The notes below the pieces were generated by a model. That model ran no database searches. It saw nothing but the letters and a program-made list of their open reading frames with translations, and was not told where the DNA came from. Both the position numbers and the translations under genes were made by a program. From Azolla caroliniana (lineage: Eukaryota > Plantae > Polypodiophyta): a DNA stretch of 64,000 nt. The stretch covers positions 6,076,001 through 6,140,000 of the forward strand of contig JBHGNT010000009.1 in the NCBI GenBank assembly GCA_043228905.1, given 5' to 3'. Shown here one piece after another: positions 48,601 to 62,364 of the stretch (positions are counted from its first letter, which is position 1; each line of letters opens with the position of its first letter).

Positions 48601-50225
48601 AAAACCCACATACTCCGATGCTTAGAAGTGGAGCACCTATCTTGTAAGATTTCATTGTGAAGTGAACAAATCTACGTTAAAAAGAAGAATTTATGAGCCA
48701 AGTGAAAAATGGAGCTTGATCACAATTGGGATCCTCTTCATCTCCAAGAGACTCATCAAAGTATTTCTTATTAGAGAAATTCTCTCTAGAACAACGCAAC
48801 ATGTGAGCCAAAATTGATATTTAGACCCATCACACATAGAGGGCTTGATACTATATGAGAAGCATTTCTCGTTTCCTATTTAAAATGTCAACATTTCATT
48901 CAATTTGATGTTGTCATGCCTAGCTCGCACTTGTCCACAATCATTGGCAATTATGAGAATTTATGACGAATCTCCCTTCTGTATGAAAATAATATAATGC
49001 ATATAGTTCATAAAATGTAATCTCAAGTCAAGTTCCAATTTGCTTGTAGAACATGGTCTCTCCAAGAGCAAATGCTGAGCTAAACTTGCTCTCTCTCATG
49101 GGCCAAATTTGGTCTTAGAAGACGTTAATATATCTTTTGTTTTTCTTTCTTTTTATCACACACACAAACAATTGAAGTCAATACACTACCTTAATGTAGT
49201 CGTATGATCTATGGTTGACACAATACTTGATGTAATGCATTCAAAACAAATACATTACATGGTAATTAATATTAGATGTTATCTTCCCTAGAATTATGCA
49301 TTTAAAATTGATGTACATATGTGATGCATTAAACTACTACTTGACAATCATCAAGTTTTTATTAATGACTATAGTTTGGGATGTTTTGAGATGAATTATC
49401 CAACCAAATTAATGCCAATCAATCAAGCATTAGGAGGGTGGCACATACATAACCTCTAAATTTGAAAGGAGAACTAGTTCTAATGGCATGCGTATTAACA
49501 AATCGACAACTAATATTATTTGGTGGAATTAACAACCAAATTGATGCCAAGTTTGATCATACAAGAGTAACATGTCTCATCTTTGAGTTTGGCTTGCATA
49601 CTAGTTGGAGTGAATGCCATGATTAAGAACTAACTTGTGTGTGTTTGTGTGGATGAATTAACAAATAATGTTGGGAACAATTAATGAGCATCAAATGTTT
49701 GGATGAATGAATCAACAACAAATATACCCAAAGGATAGTAACCTACAATCGATGTGTGGATGAATTAGCAAAACATTAAACAATGTAAACAACTAATATA
49801 TGGACAAATCTTAGGACGAATTTGAATACAATCAAGATTGACAGGTGCCAAGATTGCTAAGAAAATGGGGAGGGAGATTTAAGTTTCACAATCATACCAA
49901 CGAAATCGATGAGCAGCTTGCCATTGCAAAAACGACCGGTAGGTCCGGAGGGGAAGTCGATGCCAAAGGGGAGACTATTGGCCTTGGCTATGGTGGTGAT
50001 GTAGTTGTTATTTCCAACATCTACTAACGAATCACCGAGGATAAAGAAGGCCGGGAATGATTTCGTTATATTTCCTATGCCTACTCCCCCCACCAAATTT
50101 CCTTCACTAACTCTAGTACTAGTTCTAGTGTTAGTGTTATAACTAGTACTCTCCATGGCACATACTACTCCATGCCACCCTAACACCACTACTACCCACC
50201 ATATCACTTCTACATTCTTCATCAT
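42424..50225 (-). CDS. GDSL esterase/lipase (SGNH hydrolase), 5 exons, ~376 aa, apparently intact with an N-terminal signal peptide
   Basis: Exons 49898-50225, 45653-45780, 44124-44363, 43131-43383 and 42424-42605; all GT-AG with consistent phases (1131 nt). Motifs [56 protein letters not shown]. Confidence 0.93.
43131..43383 (-). CDS. GDSL lipase exon 4
   Basis: [22 protein letters not shown]...NPTKYG. Confidence 0.92.
43599..43837. repeat. Apparently perfect ~112-bp tandem duplication in GDSL intron 3, separated by a (CATA)n filler
   Basis: ATAGCATGTCATGCACTTC...GTGAATAACTTTA at ~43599-43711 and ~43726-43837. Confidence 0.9.
44124..44363 (-). CDS. GDSL lipase exon 3
   Basis: [10 protein letters not shown]...[16 protein letters not shown]. 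Confidence 0.92.
45030..45582. repeat. ~195-bp tandem triplication in GDSL intron 2
   Basis: TAGTTTCC...TGACTATAAAT...GTTGAGGAAC...GAGTCATTTGATAATATG repeated at about 45033, 45225 and 45425. Confidence 0.88.
45653..45780 (-). CDS. GDSL lipase exon 2
   Basis: [13 protein letters not shown]...[11 protein letters not shown]; TAG acceptor and GTGAGT donor. Confidence 0.92.
49898..50225 (-). CDS. GDSL lipase exon 1
   Basis: Hydrophobic leader and GDSL block I; donor G|GTATGA. Confidence 0.9.
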
Positions 50226-50232
50226 GATCTTT

Positions 50233-50263
<31 letters not shown>

Positions 50264-53199
50264 TAGAAGCACTTCTTAGTCTTTATATTAAGTGCTTAAA
50301 AGTTGCTTTTAAATGTAGCCATAACCTAACTAACGGGATAGTAAGAGTCAAGACCTCCCTTTTGTCTTTATATTGATATCTTTTGGGTGTTTCAAAGATG
50401 TAGCATTAAGAGATACTTTATTAAGATATACATAGCATGCCTAAGCTTTGATAATGGCAATTATTTTCTGCAATATGCTTATATAAGCGTGATGGTGTCA
50501 CTTCCCTAGGTTTGGTGGTGATCCCAAGTCCTCAACCTACCTAGGGTAGTAGTTATATTGTGGTGCTCTCAGCATAGGCATAACAAGGTATGGTTTGTCG
50601 ATGGCGGATGAGGGGTTACTAGCCGCACACACTTAAACTGATCGTTAGAAAGAGGCCATGAAAATCTCCGTGTATGGGTCACACATAGTCAACCCCTTGA
50701 TGTGTAGGAGAAGTTGAAATTTAGTAGGGATCTACACTTTAACTTCGTCATAGAAAAGTGTGGAGGCATTGGTAATATTGTTAGTCGGAATTATCATACA
50801 CCAAACAAACTTGTCACTTGCAATTTTTGTTTCTTGATCTAAAAATATTGAGATGCAACTTACCTATGGATAATATTGAAGTTTAACTAATCCTTTTCTA
50901 TGGCCATTCCCGTTATATACATCATTCCTTGACTCTAATCCATTTAGGTACTCTTTCCTATAACAATTTGATAATTCTATGGGGCTGTATACTATATGTA
51001 TTTAATATGTATAAAAACATATTGACTTAGTACCCATTTTCTTATTGAATGGTGTCGTCAACTACTTTATTTTACTTTCCAAAGCATGTGTTATGGTTCA
51101 TAAATGTACTTGGGTAATTTTATATCACGATTCACAAGTGACATTCTTCATCTATACTTATCATGCCAAAATGTCGTCGGATAATAGTCAAGCCTAGTTA
51201 TTTATTGTTTAGAGGACCTCTCTACCTAGCCATTAGATGATAGGCACATATTATAGTTTGTTGAATCAAGTCTGCTATATGAATGTAGGAGATCGCTTAA
51301 TTCTATCTTTTAGAAATATCCACAATACTCAAAGTAGAAATCTCAATTGATTGAAATTTTGAGTCAAAGTACGATGAATAAAATATCACTAGATTTGTTT
51401 TTGAATAGATCGAAAAGCTAGAATGTGAAAACTATCATAGTCTTGCAAAATTTGAGTTCCACATTTTAGGTAGATAAGATGCCAGATTGTATGACATTTA
51501 TTATGTTGACGATAAATCTTATTTATTCCAATTCATCCATACCTTCCTATCTACTTGCCGATGAAAACTTTCAAGCCAATGCGTGAAGTTGATTGAAAAC
51601 ACAACTGGCCAAAGAATACATGCCACCATACATATATGCCATAGAAGAGATTGTAGGTAACATGTCAAATAAGGTCGTTAAAGTAATTTAATGCCAAGTC
51701 TCAATAGATTTTCAAATTTCATAAGAAAAACAAACATTAAAGATATCCCTTTCTTAGGTTAGTCTATCAAACAAGGTTCATGAATAATAGAATGATGATT
51801 GACATTCATAACAAGCATCAACAATGGTTGTTGGATCCATCAAATGTGAAAATTTCCAAAGCTTGAGAGTTCACAAAAAAAGTATTATGAAAGATGCCCT
51901 TTTTATGTTGCTATTAAAATAAAATGTCGGGAAGGGGTCCTTCTGATAGAAAATATCAACTTGTCAAGCTACAATCCACTCAATTTCATTACCTTTTTCA
52001 AAAAAGGTCCTTATTATTTCAATGAGAAGGTTTGCTAAAGCTTGAAAGTCATATTCTTGAGAATGAACATGTTTTTGGTGCACATGGCAATGATTGCATA
52101 ATTTAAAACAATGATGTAATGTTGTTTGTGTAGCACTAAACGTCTAAATATTTTTATTGATTTCACCACCTACTATGCATTGGCCCTCATTAGTTTGATT
52201 AATGATTGAATATATTGATCAAGTCCATAGATGATGTTTTGAACATTCGAATTGGTCACAAGCAAGAAATATCGTGAGTCAATCCTGTTCTTATGGGGTC
52301 TTCTTGTGATTACTTCATAAGGTGAAATTTTAATTGTAAGCTTCTACCAAATGTATTGATTAAATAAACCGTCGTATGTGTTAAAGGTGCTTGTGCAACC
52401 ATCATGTAATTCTAGTTTTTACAACATCCAAAAGTTTATGATGAAAATTCTATTGCATGTTTTAGCACCTGCCCCCCTCTGTTTCTCTATTTAGTTGTCT
52501 CATTTCAAGCTTCTATATTTTGATGATGCCACAAGTTCATTGATGGATTCTGACTTTTTCAAGCGTATGCAAATATTGAAACAAATTCCCCTTAGCTAAA
52601 AAAGTTTGTTTGACCCTTAGGACACAAGATGGTTGAGAAGAAAAGAAAGTTGAATTGATGATGTACCATTGCATTGCATTGGTCCTCATATGTGTAGCCT
52701 TATTGGTTAGGTGTGACTTTATTAAGGTCCACTTGCATGCATGGTGACACGAAAATATTAAGTCTTTTAATCCATTCTACGCAAAAACCCTCTTGTATTT
52801 GGATTTAGAATATGCAGCAACTACAAGTATGGAGTCACCGTTTCAGTTGGTAGTATCTCTCAAAGAAGATCCTTGACTTTAATTACTCATATTGACAACA
52901 AAGTCTTCCCATTGTGAGAATCTATTGCCTACTATCCTATTAGAAAAAGTAATATACTAGTTAGTGATGGTTCTTCTAAGTTTCTAACCTCTCCTCTCAC
53001 ATTATATATCTCCATCCAGAGTGCATTAATTAAATTAGGGTCTTTTAACATTTTTCTAGGGTTGACAAAGAGTATTAAATATGTCACATTTAACACTCAT
53101 TAAAAATGTTGATTCATGATTATATGACATATTTATCAGAGTCGTTACTTTTTAGATGACATAATTAAACCATCTACATCACTTGGAGGTTAGAAAATA

Positions 53200-54637
53200 C
53201 AATTAAAGGAAGTGGGAGCCTTGAGCGGAGCAACGGAGCGGTGCGCCAGTGTAGGGCGGAGGTTTGCTGTGTGAGCTTCTCACTAGGAGGTCCGACACAG
53301 CGGAGCAGCGGCGCGGGAGGTTTGACCCACGCCAGTGAGCAGCGGAAACGGATCCGGAGCAGGAGCAGTTTTGGACCGCGCCAGTGCAGGGAGGAGGTCT
53401 GTAGACGTGGGGCACAGAAGCCTCTCTTTGCTAATTTCGGTATAGGAGCCTCTCTTTGCTCATTTCGGCACAAAACCCTCTCTCTACTCGTCACAGCCTC
53501 CCCGCCGTTGCAGCTTCGCCCTCCTCTAGTTCGAGGAGTGAACCCCCCCCCCCCCCCCCCCCCCCCATTCGACAAGTGAGAACTCACCAACCACAGTTCG
53601 AGTAGGTGGGCCCCCACTCCCGTAACCCCCCCCCCGAAAAAAGAAGAAGAAGAAGCCTGACTACTACCCCCCAAACACATTGGAAGACTCTGTCAATCAT
53701 GGAAACTTTGAACATCACCCCTATTGATCACATAGCACAAACAGGCCCCACGATTGATAACGGAAAAATGCAAGATAAAAGCAACTCTAATAGTGGGGGT
53801 CTTGTTGAGATTATTTTCAATAACGAAGAAATGCTTCTACTTGAGCAAGAGATAGAGCGCCTTGAGCGAATAGCGGTCATATGCCGTGTGATGGGATCAT
53901 GACCAAATAGAGGCTTGTTGCGAGATATGCTGCAAGCTAAATTTCATTCACAACTACGTGGTATAAAAGAAGTCCAACGGCTTGGTAAAGGCTTCTATAA
54001 AATCAGACTAGAGGACAAGGATTCTGCAATGAACCTCATAGCAATATCTCCCTATCAGGTCCGAAACACATGGTTGTTCATGCGTAAATGGACACATGGT
54101 TTTAACCTAGAGAAAGCCGCGCAACAAGATAATTAAATGAAAAAGGTAACATTGTTATTTCCGGGATTATCCTTCGAATACAACATGTTACTTCCTACTA
54201 TTAGAAACTCCTTGGGTATGATATTGGACGAGGAACTAACGCTAGCAGACAGGCTAAAGAAACACCTAGGCCCTCCCTCTATCCGCCTCTTGGTGAAGGA
54301 CATCAACAAACTTCCTTCCAAGATCCTCATTCCGGGGAAAAACGGAATATGGATTGAACAACGCATAGAAGTGATCGACGCACTGGGACAATTTTTTGCA
54401 TGCAAAAAGTTTGGTCATTTAAAAAAGAACTGCCCCACGAGATGCATTAAGGATTCCACCATGGAGACCTAGGACGGTCGGGACACCATAGGAAATCAGA
54501 AGCCTCCCCCACTATGACCCGATAAGGATGTGATGGAATGGCGAGTGGTGGGGAAATCCCATGTCCTACATAAAACTCCACAGTCACAAAATCCTCCATC
54601 GCTAGTGAGCCCCAATCGTTTTGATCTACTACAAGAA
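53200..54637 (+). pseudogene. LINE 5' region / ORF1 remnant (DUF4283-like domain plus zinc knuckle)
   Basis: GC-rich 5' segment with a poly-C tract; AVICRVMGS*PNRGLLRDML, LGKGFYKI, WLFMRKWTHGFN, FFACKKFGHLKKNCP. Confidence 0.75.
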
Positions 54638-57214
54638 CTGTGTTCTTCTCAAATCCGAAAGAAGGGCCAGTAGTAGTTGACACAAATAGTTCGGCAATCA
54701 CCGCCATCGTCAAAGGACGGGAACTACTAGGGACGATTGTGGACAGAGGATCGGGCGTGAACGTGATTAGTCTATGGACTTGTAATACCCTAGGAATCCA
54801 GGAATGGAAGCCTTGCCCGTTTTGGCTCCGGATGGCGGATACAAGTTCGGTAAGACCTACCAGTTTGATATAGGATTTAGACGTAACTATCGGAGGACGC
54901 GCATTCCGCATTTCGGCGGTGGTTCTCTAGCTCAATATGCAAGGGGCTTACCCACTGTTGCTGGGCTGCCCATGGCTAAAAACGACGCATATCAAACAAA
55001 ACTAGTAGAAAAACATGATTACCTTCCGGCGAGGAAAGGCTAAAGTAAGGGCACCTACCCACCCTCGATCGAGTACCCGCAAGGAGCTGACACCGCTATA
55101 TGCGGAAGGTGTAAATATGCTCGAGGGGCTTGTTGATGAAGAGGTCGACCAATACTTAGAAGAAAACCCCAAAGTTGTACCCCTATTTGAAATCGATGTG
55201 GCAGAAGCAGTGTCACCATATATAATGCAATAGGATGATGCCGACGAGGAACTGAATAGGGAAGCTATCAGAGAATTATGGCAAGCACAGGAAGCTCTGG
55301 AGAGGGAGATGGCGGTATCCCAACGCTTGAAAGCATCCCAGTTCGAGGAAGTGAACTTAGGAACTGGGGACGACGCAAGACCGGTTCATATTGCTAAGGA
55401 AATGTCATCGGACAACAAGACGACGATGATCACTTTATTAAAGGAATTCCGGGACGTATTCACCTGGTCCTATGAAGACATGCGGGAGCTGGATCCTCAG
55501 TTGTACCAACACTAGATACACCTCAGTAAGGATGCCAAACCGGTAGCACAACGACGTTACCAGATGAACCCTAACTATGCGGCAAAGGTGAAAGAGGAAA
55601 TTGACAAGTTGCTACGGGTCGGTTTTATCCGACCAGTGGAAAAATCGGCATGGTTAAGTCCCATAGTCTTCGTGCCGAAAAAGAACAGTAAGATCCGGGT
55701 GTGTGTCGACTACCGGAAACTCAATGTGGCAACAGTGACCGACGCCTTTCCACTTCCATTTACGGATGGAATGCTGGACACGGTAGCCGGTCATGAAGTG
55801 TATAGCTTCCTAGACGGGTTCAACGACTACAATCAAATAAGGATGCACCCCGACGACCAAGACAAGACGGCGTTCGTCACCGAATGGGGAGTTTTCGTCG
55901 CAGTGGTAATGATGTTTGGGCTCAAGACCGCATCGACGACCTTCCGACGAATAATCATGGAAATATTTGGCGAGTTCATCCCGGCATTCATGCAGGTATT
56001 CCTGGATGACTTCGCCATGTATAGCGGAGAAGGAGAACATCTCCAACACCTCCGGCTATGTCTTCAGAAATGCAGGAGTTATCGGTTAAGCCTGAATCCA
56101 GCAAAGTGCGTGTTCGGAGTAACAAGCGATGCATTGCTGGGCCAGCTTGTCAGCAAGGACATGATCGCGGTAGACCCCGATAAGGTCAAAGCAATCTTAG
56201 AAGCACCGACACCATCCACGACCAAAGCTTTGAGTCGGTTTCTAGGGCAAATACGGTGGCATAGTCGGATGCTCGGGTATTTGGCCAATCTTGCTACACC
56301 ATTGCATGTCGCGGTTCACCAGACACCGTTTCAATGGACGGATACGGAGGATACCGTTTACCGGGCATTGAAAGTACTGCTATCACAAGCACCGGACTGG
56401 TCAAAAGAATTCCACGTGTTCGTTGATGCGTCTGACACAGCAATCGGCAACGCCACTAATGCAAATGATTGAACCGAAATGGTACCGACCGGTCTATTAT
56501 GCTAGCCGGAAGCTATCCTAGGAGGAACGAAATTATTCAACAATGGAAAGAGAAGCCTTAGGGATGATTTACAGTGTTACCAAGTTCAGGCACTATTTAT
56601 TGGGAAGGAAATTTTCATTCCATGTCGACCACTCCGCGCTATTATATTTGGTCTCAAAGGCATCACTCATCGGCAAGTTGGCCCGATGGACATTGTTGCT
56701 ACAAGAGTTTGAGTTCGAAATATATCACCGGCCAGGAATACAACATGCGGTTGCCGATTATCTGAGCCGGTTAGACTCTGGCGAGACCGGTAATGGAGTC
56801 ACGGATGAGTTTCCGGATGCCGAGTTGTTTAAAGTAATAGCAGAAATGGCAGCAGATAGCACGGTAGTCGACGAAGACAAGTGGTTGACCAACACGCATC
56901 AATTCCTAAGCACGGAACTCCCACCGGAGGAGATGAACCAGGATGAGCGGAAGCGGTTAGCGGTACAAAGCCGACATTTTTGTCTACTATAGGACACCCT
57001 GTACCACAAAGGCGCGCATGGCATATGGTGGCGAGCAGTGCGAAGCGACAGAAAGGACACAATATTACGAGAATCACACTGTGGCGTTGCCGGAGGGCAC
57101 TATGCCGAGGACGCTACGGCAAGAAAGATATGGCACAACGGGCTATGGTGGCCGACGACACTGAAGGACTCGGTTCGGTATGCGAAAGACTGTGATTTAT
57201 GTCAACAGCTGGGC
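54638..57214 (+). mobile_element. Non-chromovirus gypsy PR-RT-RNase H-INT start, copy 2 (duplicate of ~8350-10774)
   Basis: Near-identical to copy 1, including the same premature stops. Confidence 0.93.
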
Positions 57215-60129
57215 TGTTGAGAGACAAGCTCAACATCGGCCGGATCGGCTGAGCAAGCCGAGGACCGGATCAGTTGGAAACCGGTACGGAAACCGGTGCA
57301 TAGTAAGGCCGAATCGGTGTAGAAACCGGGAGGCCATCAAAAAGATATTCCGCAAGGAATATATTTGGGAGTTAGTGTAGGGGCTCCTTAATGAACATTG
57401 AAGTACTGTCAGTACTTCTGTCAGTCCGAAAAAGGACTTGTATAAAAGTGTTCATTGAACACATACGATGTACAAATCGAGTATTATTTTTTGAATTAAG
57501 TTCTTGTGTTTACTCTCTCTCTGTCTCTCCCGTGCGTACTGTGCAAACTTAAGCTTTCCATTAAACTTGCGTTTTCTGTTGTTCGGTTTCCTATATTGCT
57601 TCCGCACGCCATTCTTTTCATGGTATCAGAGCGCGAGGGTTGACAACCTCTGCAGTCGACTTTGCTTGAAGGAAAAACCAACGAAGAAGAACAAGAAAAC
57701 CGATGGACAGAGGAATGGCTAGCTCGCTTCTGACGGAGAAGCTCGACAGAACCAACTACGCATCTTGGTCCTACAAGATGCACCAGTACCTACTTGGGCA
57801 CGGTTACTGGAGCTATGTCGAAGGAGTGAATGACGCGACACCCGAATCGACACACAAAGACTTCCCAGCGTGGGAACAATTGGCGAGCAGAGTGTTGTAC
57901 TGTTTCGCGTCTTGTGTGGGCGAACAACTATTATGCTATGTTCGGGATGCAAAAACGCCGAAGGGTGCGTGGGAAAATCTGAAGAAGATCTTCGCCGCGA
58001 GCACCACAACCAGGAAGCTTCAGCTCCGACAGGAGTTAAGCAACCTACGACAACGCGATTTGTCGGTGGCTGACTATACCTCGAAGATCAAGGACATATG
58101 TGACTCCTTAGCTATTATCGATGTGAATATCGAGGAAAGCGAGATGGTCTAGGTCTGTCTGGGGGGTTTGGCGTCAAAGTTCGGAGCGTTCCGAACTGTT
58201 GTGTGTACACGGGAGAATACGCCGTTGTTTTTCGACTTACAGTCGATGCTCCTTATAGAGGAGAACCACGCTGTCGTAGTGTAATTCGTACACTACGTGA
58301 AAAATTACATTTTTGGTCTCTCCGGATAGGACATGGAGTACCCAATGAGAACTGGAAGAAGGAACCGGTAAGGACCGAAACCGGTAAGGAGACCCGGCAA
58401 GAGCCGGATGAAGAAGGCCAGTGAGAGTCAATGAGAAATGGACGAAGAGATCGGTAAGGAGGTCCCGGTAAGAACCGGACAAAGAAAACTATCAAGCACT
58501 GGATGAATCAGAACCGGAAAGAGCCAGATGAAGAAGGCCAGTGAGAGTCTCTCACCGGATGAAGAGACGTATTTGTAAATAGAAGAAAGTATAAAAATAT
58601 ATATTACATGCATAGGGCAAGATTCGAACCTTGCACCTCCATGTTAATAATGTTAAGCCTTATCATTATAGTAGGGTATTATGAATTTTAAAGTTATACT
58701 AAACTTTATCCCATGTAAAATTTCTAGACATGCATGGTACAAAAGTTATTCATGCATAGACACTCGAGTTAAAAGAAAAGATGAGATAGAAAGCTAATCA
58801 TGCACATGCAGTGTGCATGAAAACTAAAGATAGAAAAAGCATGATGCTTGCATGTGATGAACTTAGACTCTTCCAACACTATATAAGGAAGAGAGAAAGA
58901 TGTATAGAGGTTGTTGATTATTTTACAAGGGTTGATTAATATAATATAATCGTGGGATCCACGAGTTTGCTAACTATTTTTCTCTCTTAATTTGAGTACT
59001 CACAAATACACTATACTCGTGGGATTTACGAGTTTTTCATATCTTTCTTTCTTACAATATTTTTCATATTCTTAATTGCCTTAGAATTTTCTTTCCTCCT
59101 AGTCCAAAACCCCAGCGGTTCCCACCCGACTCACGCAACGATCCGGCGCCGAGAGGCACGACAACGCGGGTGCGTCGAAAAGCACGCATGCCGACAACAA
59201 GATGCTATACACGGAGGGAGATAGGCCCCGTGGTCGTGGCGGACGAGTCGAGTCGGTACGCAATGGAGGTGGCCGACGGGATCAAGGAAGAAGGCACCGA
59301 AGTGATGCCGACAACAATTCCGGACCCTCCGGAAATAGGGGGAGTCGAGGTGACGAGAACCGGCAAGGGAAATCCGCCGCGAATTGATGGTATTGTGGCA
59401 AGAAAGGCCACAGGGAGAGCGAGTGTTGGAAAAAGCGCGCCGATTCGGAGAGAACCGGGTCCAGACAGACCGACAAAGGAAATCGGCAATGATCACACTA
59501 CGCCGAAGGATCCGGAGAAGCCGGAAAAGGGTTAGTCTTCGTGACTAGACACGAAACAAAATCAATGAAGAAGATCTCCTCGAAGTCGGAGGAGGTGTGG
59601 TATGTCGACTCTGGCGCGTCAAACCACATTACGTGCCATAAGGAGTGGTTCTCGTACCTAGAAAAACCGATGCAACCGGGAGTATTCGCAACCGGAGACG
59701 ACACTCCGCATCCGATCGCGAATGTCGGAGAAGTTCCCCTGAGCCATGTCGGGCAGAAAGGGAAACTCATGAACGTGCTACACGTTCCGACAATCACGAA
59801 GAACTTGGTGTCAGTCGGACAGATCGTTGACCAAGGGATGGAGGTCTGGCTTACACACCTCGGGTGCTTCATTGAGGAAGAAGGCCATGTTATTGCGCAA
59901 GGGCGCAGAGATGGGAGGATGTTCATCCTCGACTCTACTGACGGTGGCACCGCAATGTTTGCAAAGGGACAAAAAGTCGAGTCGGACATCGACTTATGGC
60001 ACAAACGGATAGGCCACGTCAACTACCAGCGGCTTCAGGACCTGCAATCGAAATAGGTGGTATTTGGATTGTCCAAATTTAGTGGCCGGAAGGCACAAAT
60101 TTGTGAAGCATGCCAGCTTGGGAAGCAAC
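57215..60129 (+). mobile_element. Copia 5' LTR (57215-57620), tRNA-iMet PBS (57621-57632), gag-PR-INT start, copy 2; truncated at ~60129
   Basis: TGTTGAG...TTTTCA|TGGTATCAGAGC; gag ATG at 57715; near-identical to 10770-12268. Confidence 0.93.
58272..59163. mobile_element. Solo LTR (892 bp) inserted in copia gag, 4-bp TSD ACGC
   Basis: TGTCGT...ACGACA termini; ACGC at 58268-58271 and 59164-59167; the empty site is visible in copy 1 (GAGAACCATGCGGG near 11295). Confidence 0.9.
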
Positions 60130-60199
60130 CCAGGGGCTTCACTGTCAAAACTTGTATGATAGCATGTGAGTTCATCAAAAGGGGTTTAAATTAATCAGT

Positions 60200-62301
60200 G
60201 AGATACAGAATATATATATATATATATAAGGGTATTAATAAAGATTTGAAAATATATTTACATAAGGGTATTATCAATTATGCTGGAAAAAAAAAACATA
60301 AGCCCATGAAATATTAGATATTTCAATGAGATAGTAAAGAATATATTATACAAACAATACTCAAATTTGGAGTAGCATACATACATACATACATACATAC
60401 ATACATACATACATGCGTGCATGCATATACCTACATTTAAACATTACATCCATGAATATGTATATACATACATTACACCCATTTATACATGCATACTGAC
60501 TAAACATAAATATATGTAGAAATATGTATTACCATATGTAAATATGTACCGACACATACATACATGCATTACATACTACATACATATTAGAATCGGCCAT
60601 ATATATTGACATAGGAATATACATAATACATACATAAAAATTACATATTACATATATACATACACATTCTCACAAACATATTTTATTTTTATTTTTCCCA
60701 AAAAAGCACTAAAGCACATAGTTATATGCATTTGGCTACATCCATTCGTTAAGTCATACAACTTAACCTTTCTATGCTCCACACATAGACACTTTATATA
60801 TTACATATTACACACATATATTATTATACACACAATTATATACAAATGCAAATATACAAACCAAACACGAAAAAAAAAGTACATATTTTATATATACGCA
60901 TACATACACATATACACACATTCCATACATACAATACAATACAATATATACATACACACACGAACATAACATGCATCACACATGCATATATACCTACATT
61001 CATATATCACACATCACACATGCGTATATACCTCTACATTCAAACATTACATCCATGAATATGTATATACATACATTACACCCATTTATACATGCATACT
61101 GACTAAACATAAATATATGTACAAATATATATTACCATATGAAAATATGTACATACAGATACATACATGCATTACATACTGCATACATATTAGAATCACG
61201 TTGCAACCATATATATTGACATACATATATACATGTAACATAATACATACAATAAAATTAGATATGACATACATACATACACAAATGCATATATACATAC
61301 AAAACACAGGAAAATAAATTACATATTATATATATACACATACACATACATATTAATACCTAAGACTACATATTATATCAATATGTATACAAATCTTCAT
61401 ACTTACAAACAAGTTACATATATATACACGTGCACACACACAAATAAATTAGATATTACATAGCATATAATCCATAACTATTACACAATATACAAATTTA
61501 CACATACATCATTTACATATATATATATTACATATGTAAATACATATTCCACATATCACCATATATATAGATTATACTGGACCATACAAACCACAATACT
61601 TACATACACACACACATTAGGTATATGTATACTTACACATACATTGGATATATACATGCATATTATGTACATATTACAAACATACATCCATATACAAACC
61701 ATATACATACTAAACATGAAAATATCCCAAAAATATACATACATAAATACATTACATATATACGCATACATACATTCATACATTTACATACATATGACCA
61801 CATACACACATACATATACATACATTGGATATATACATACATATTACAAACACATTCATACTCATTGAATCATGTATATTGACAGATACATATATGCATA
61901 CACATACATATTCCACATATCACCATATATATACATACATATGCCTACAATGTTATAAGTTTTACAAGCATACATCCATACACATATATACATATATATA
62001 CATACATACATGCATACACATAAATACATTACATACACATACATACGTACGTTACATATGTACATACATATCATCACAAACTACAATACATACATATATA
62101 TATAAATATTACAAACAAACATCCACACACTCATGTATGCATATATGCATATACCATACACTATACACATACATACATTACATATGTACATTCATGCATG
62201 TACATACATACATTGCATATGCATATATTACAATCACACATTCATATACATTGAGTCATGTACATTGACATATGGATATATGCATACAGCTACACACATA
62301 C

Positions 62302-62364
<63 letters not shown>

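Noticed and set aside
51250-52600. Possible decayed DNA-transposon nuclease (YLLADE-like peptide near 51545)
   Set aside because: Too fragmentary to support without a profile search.
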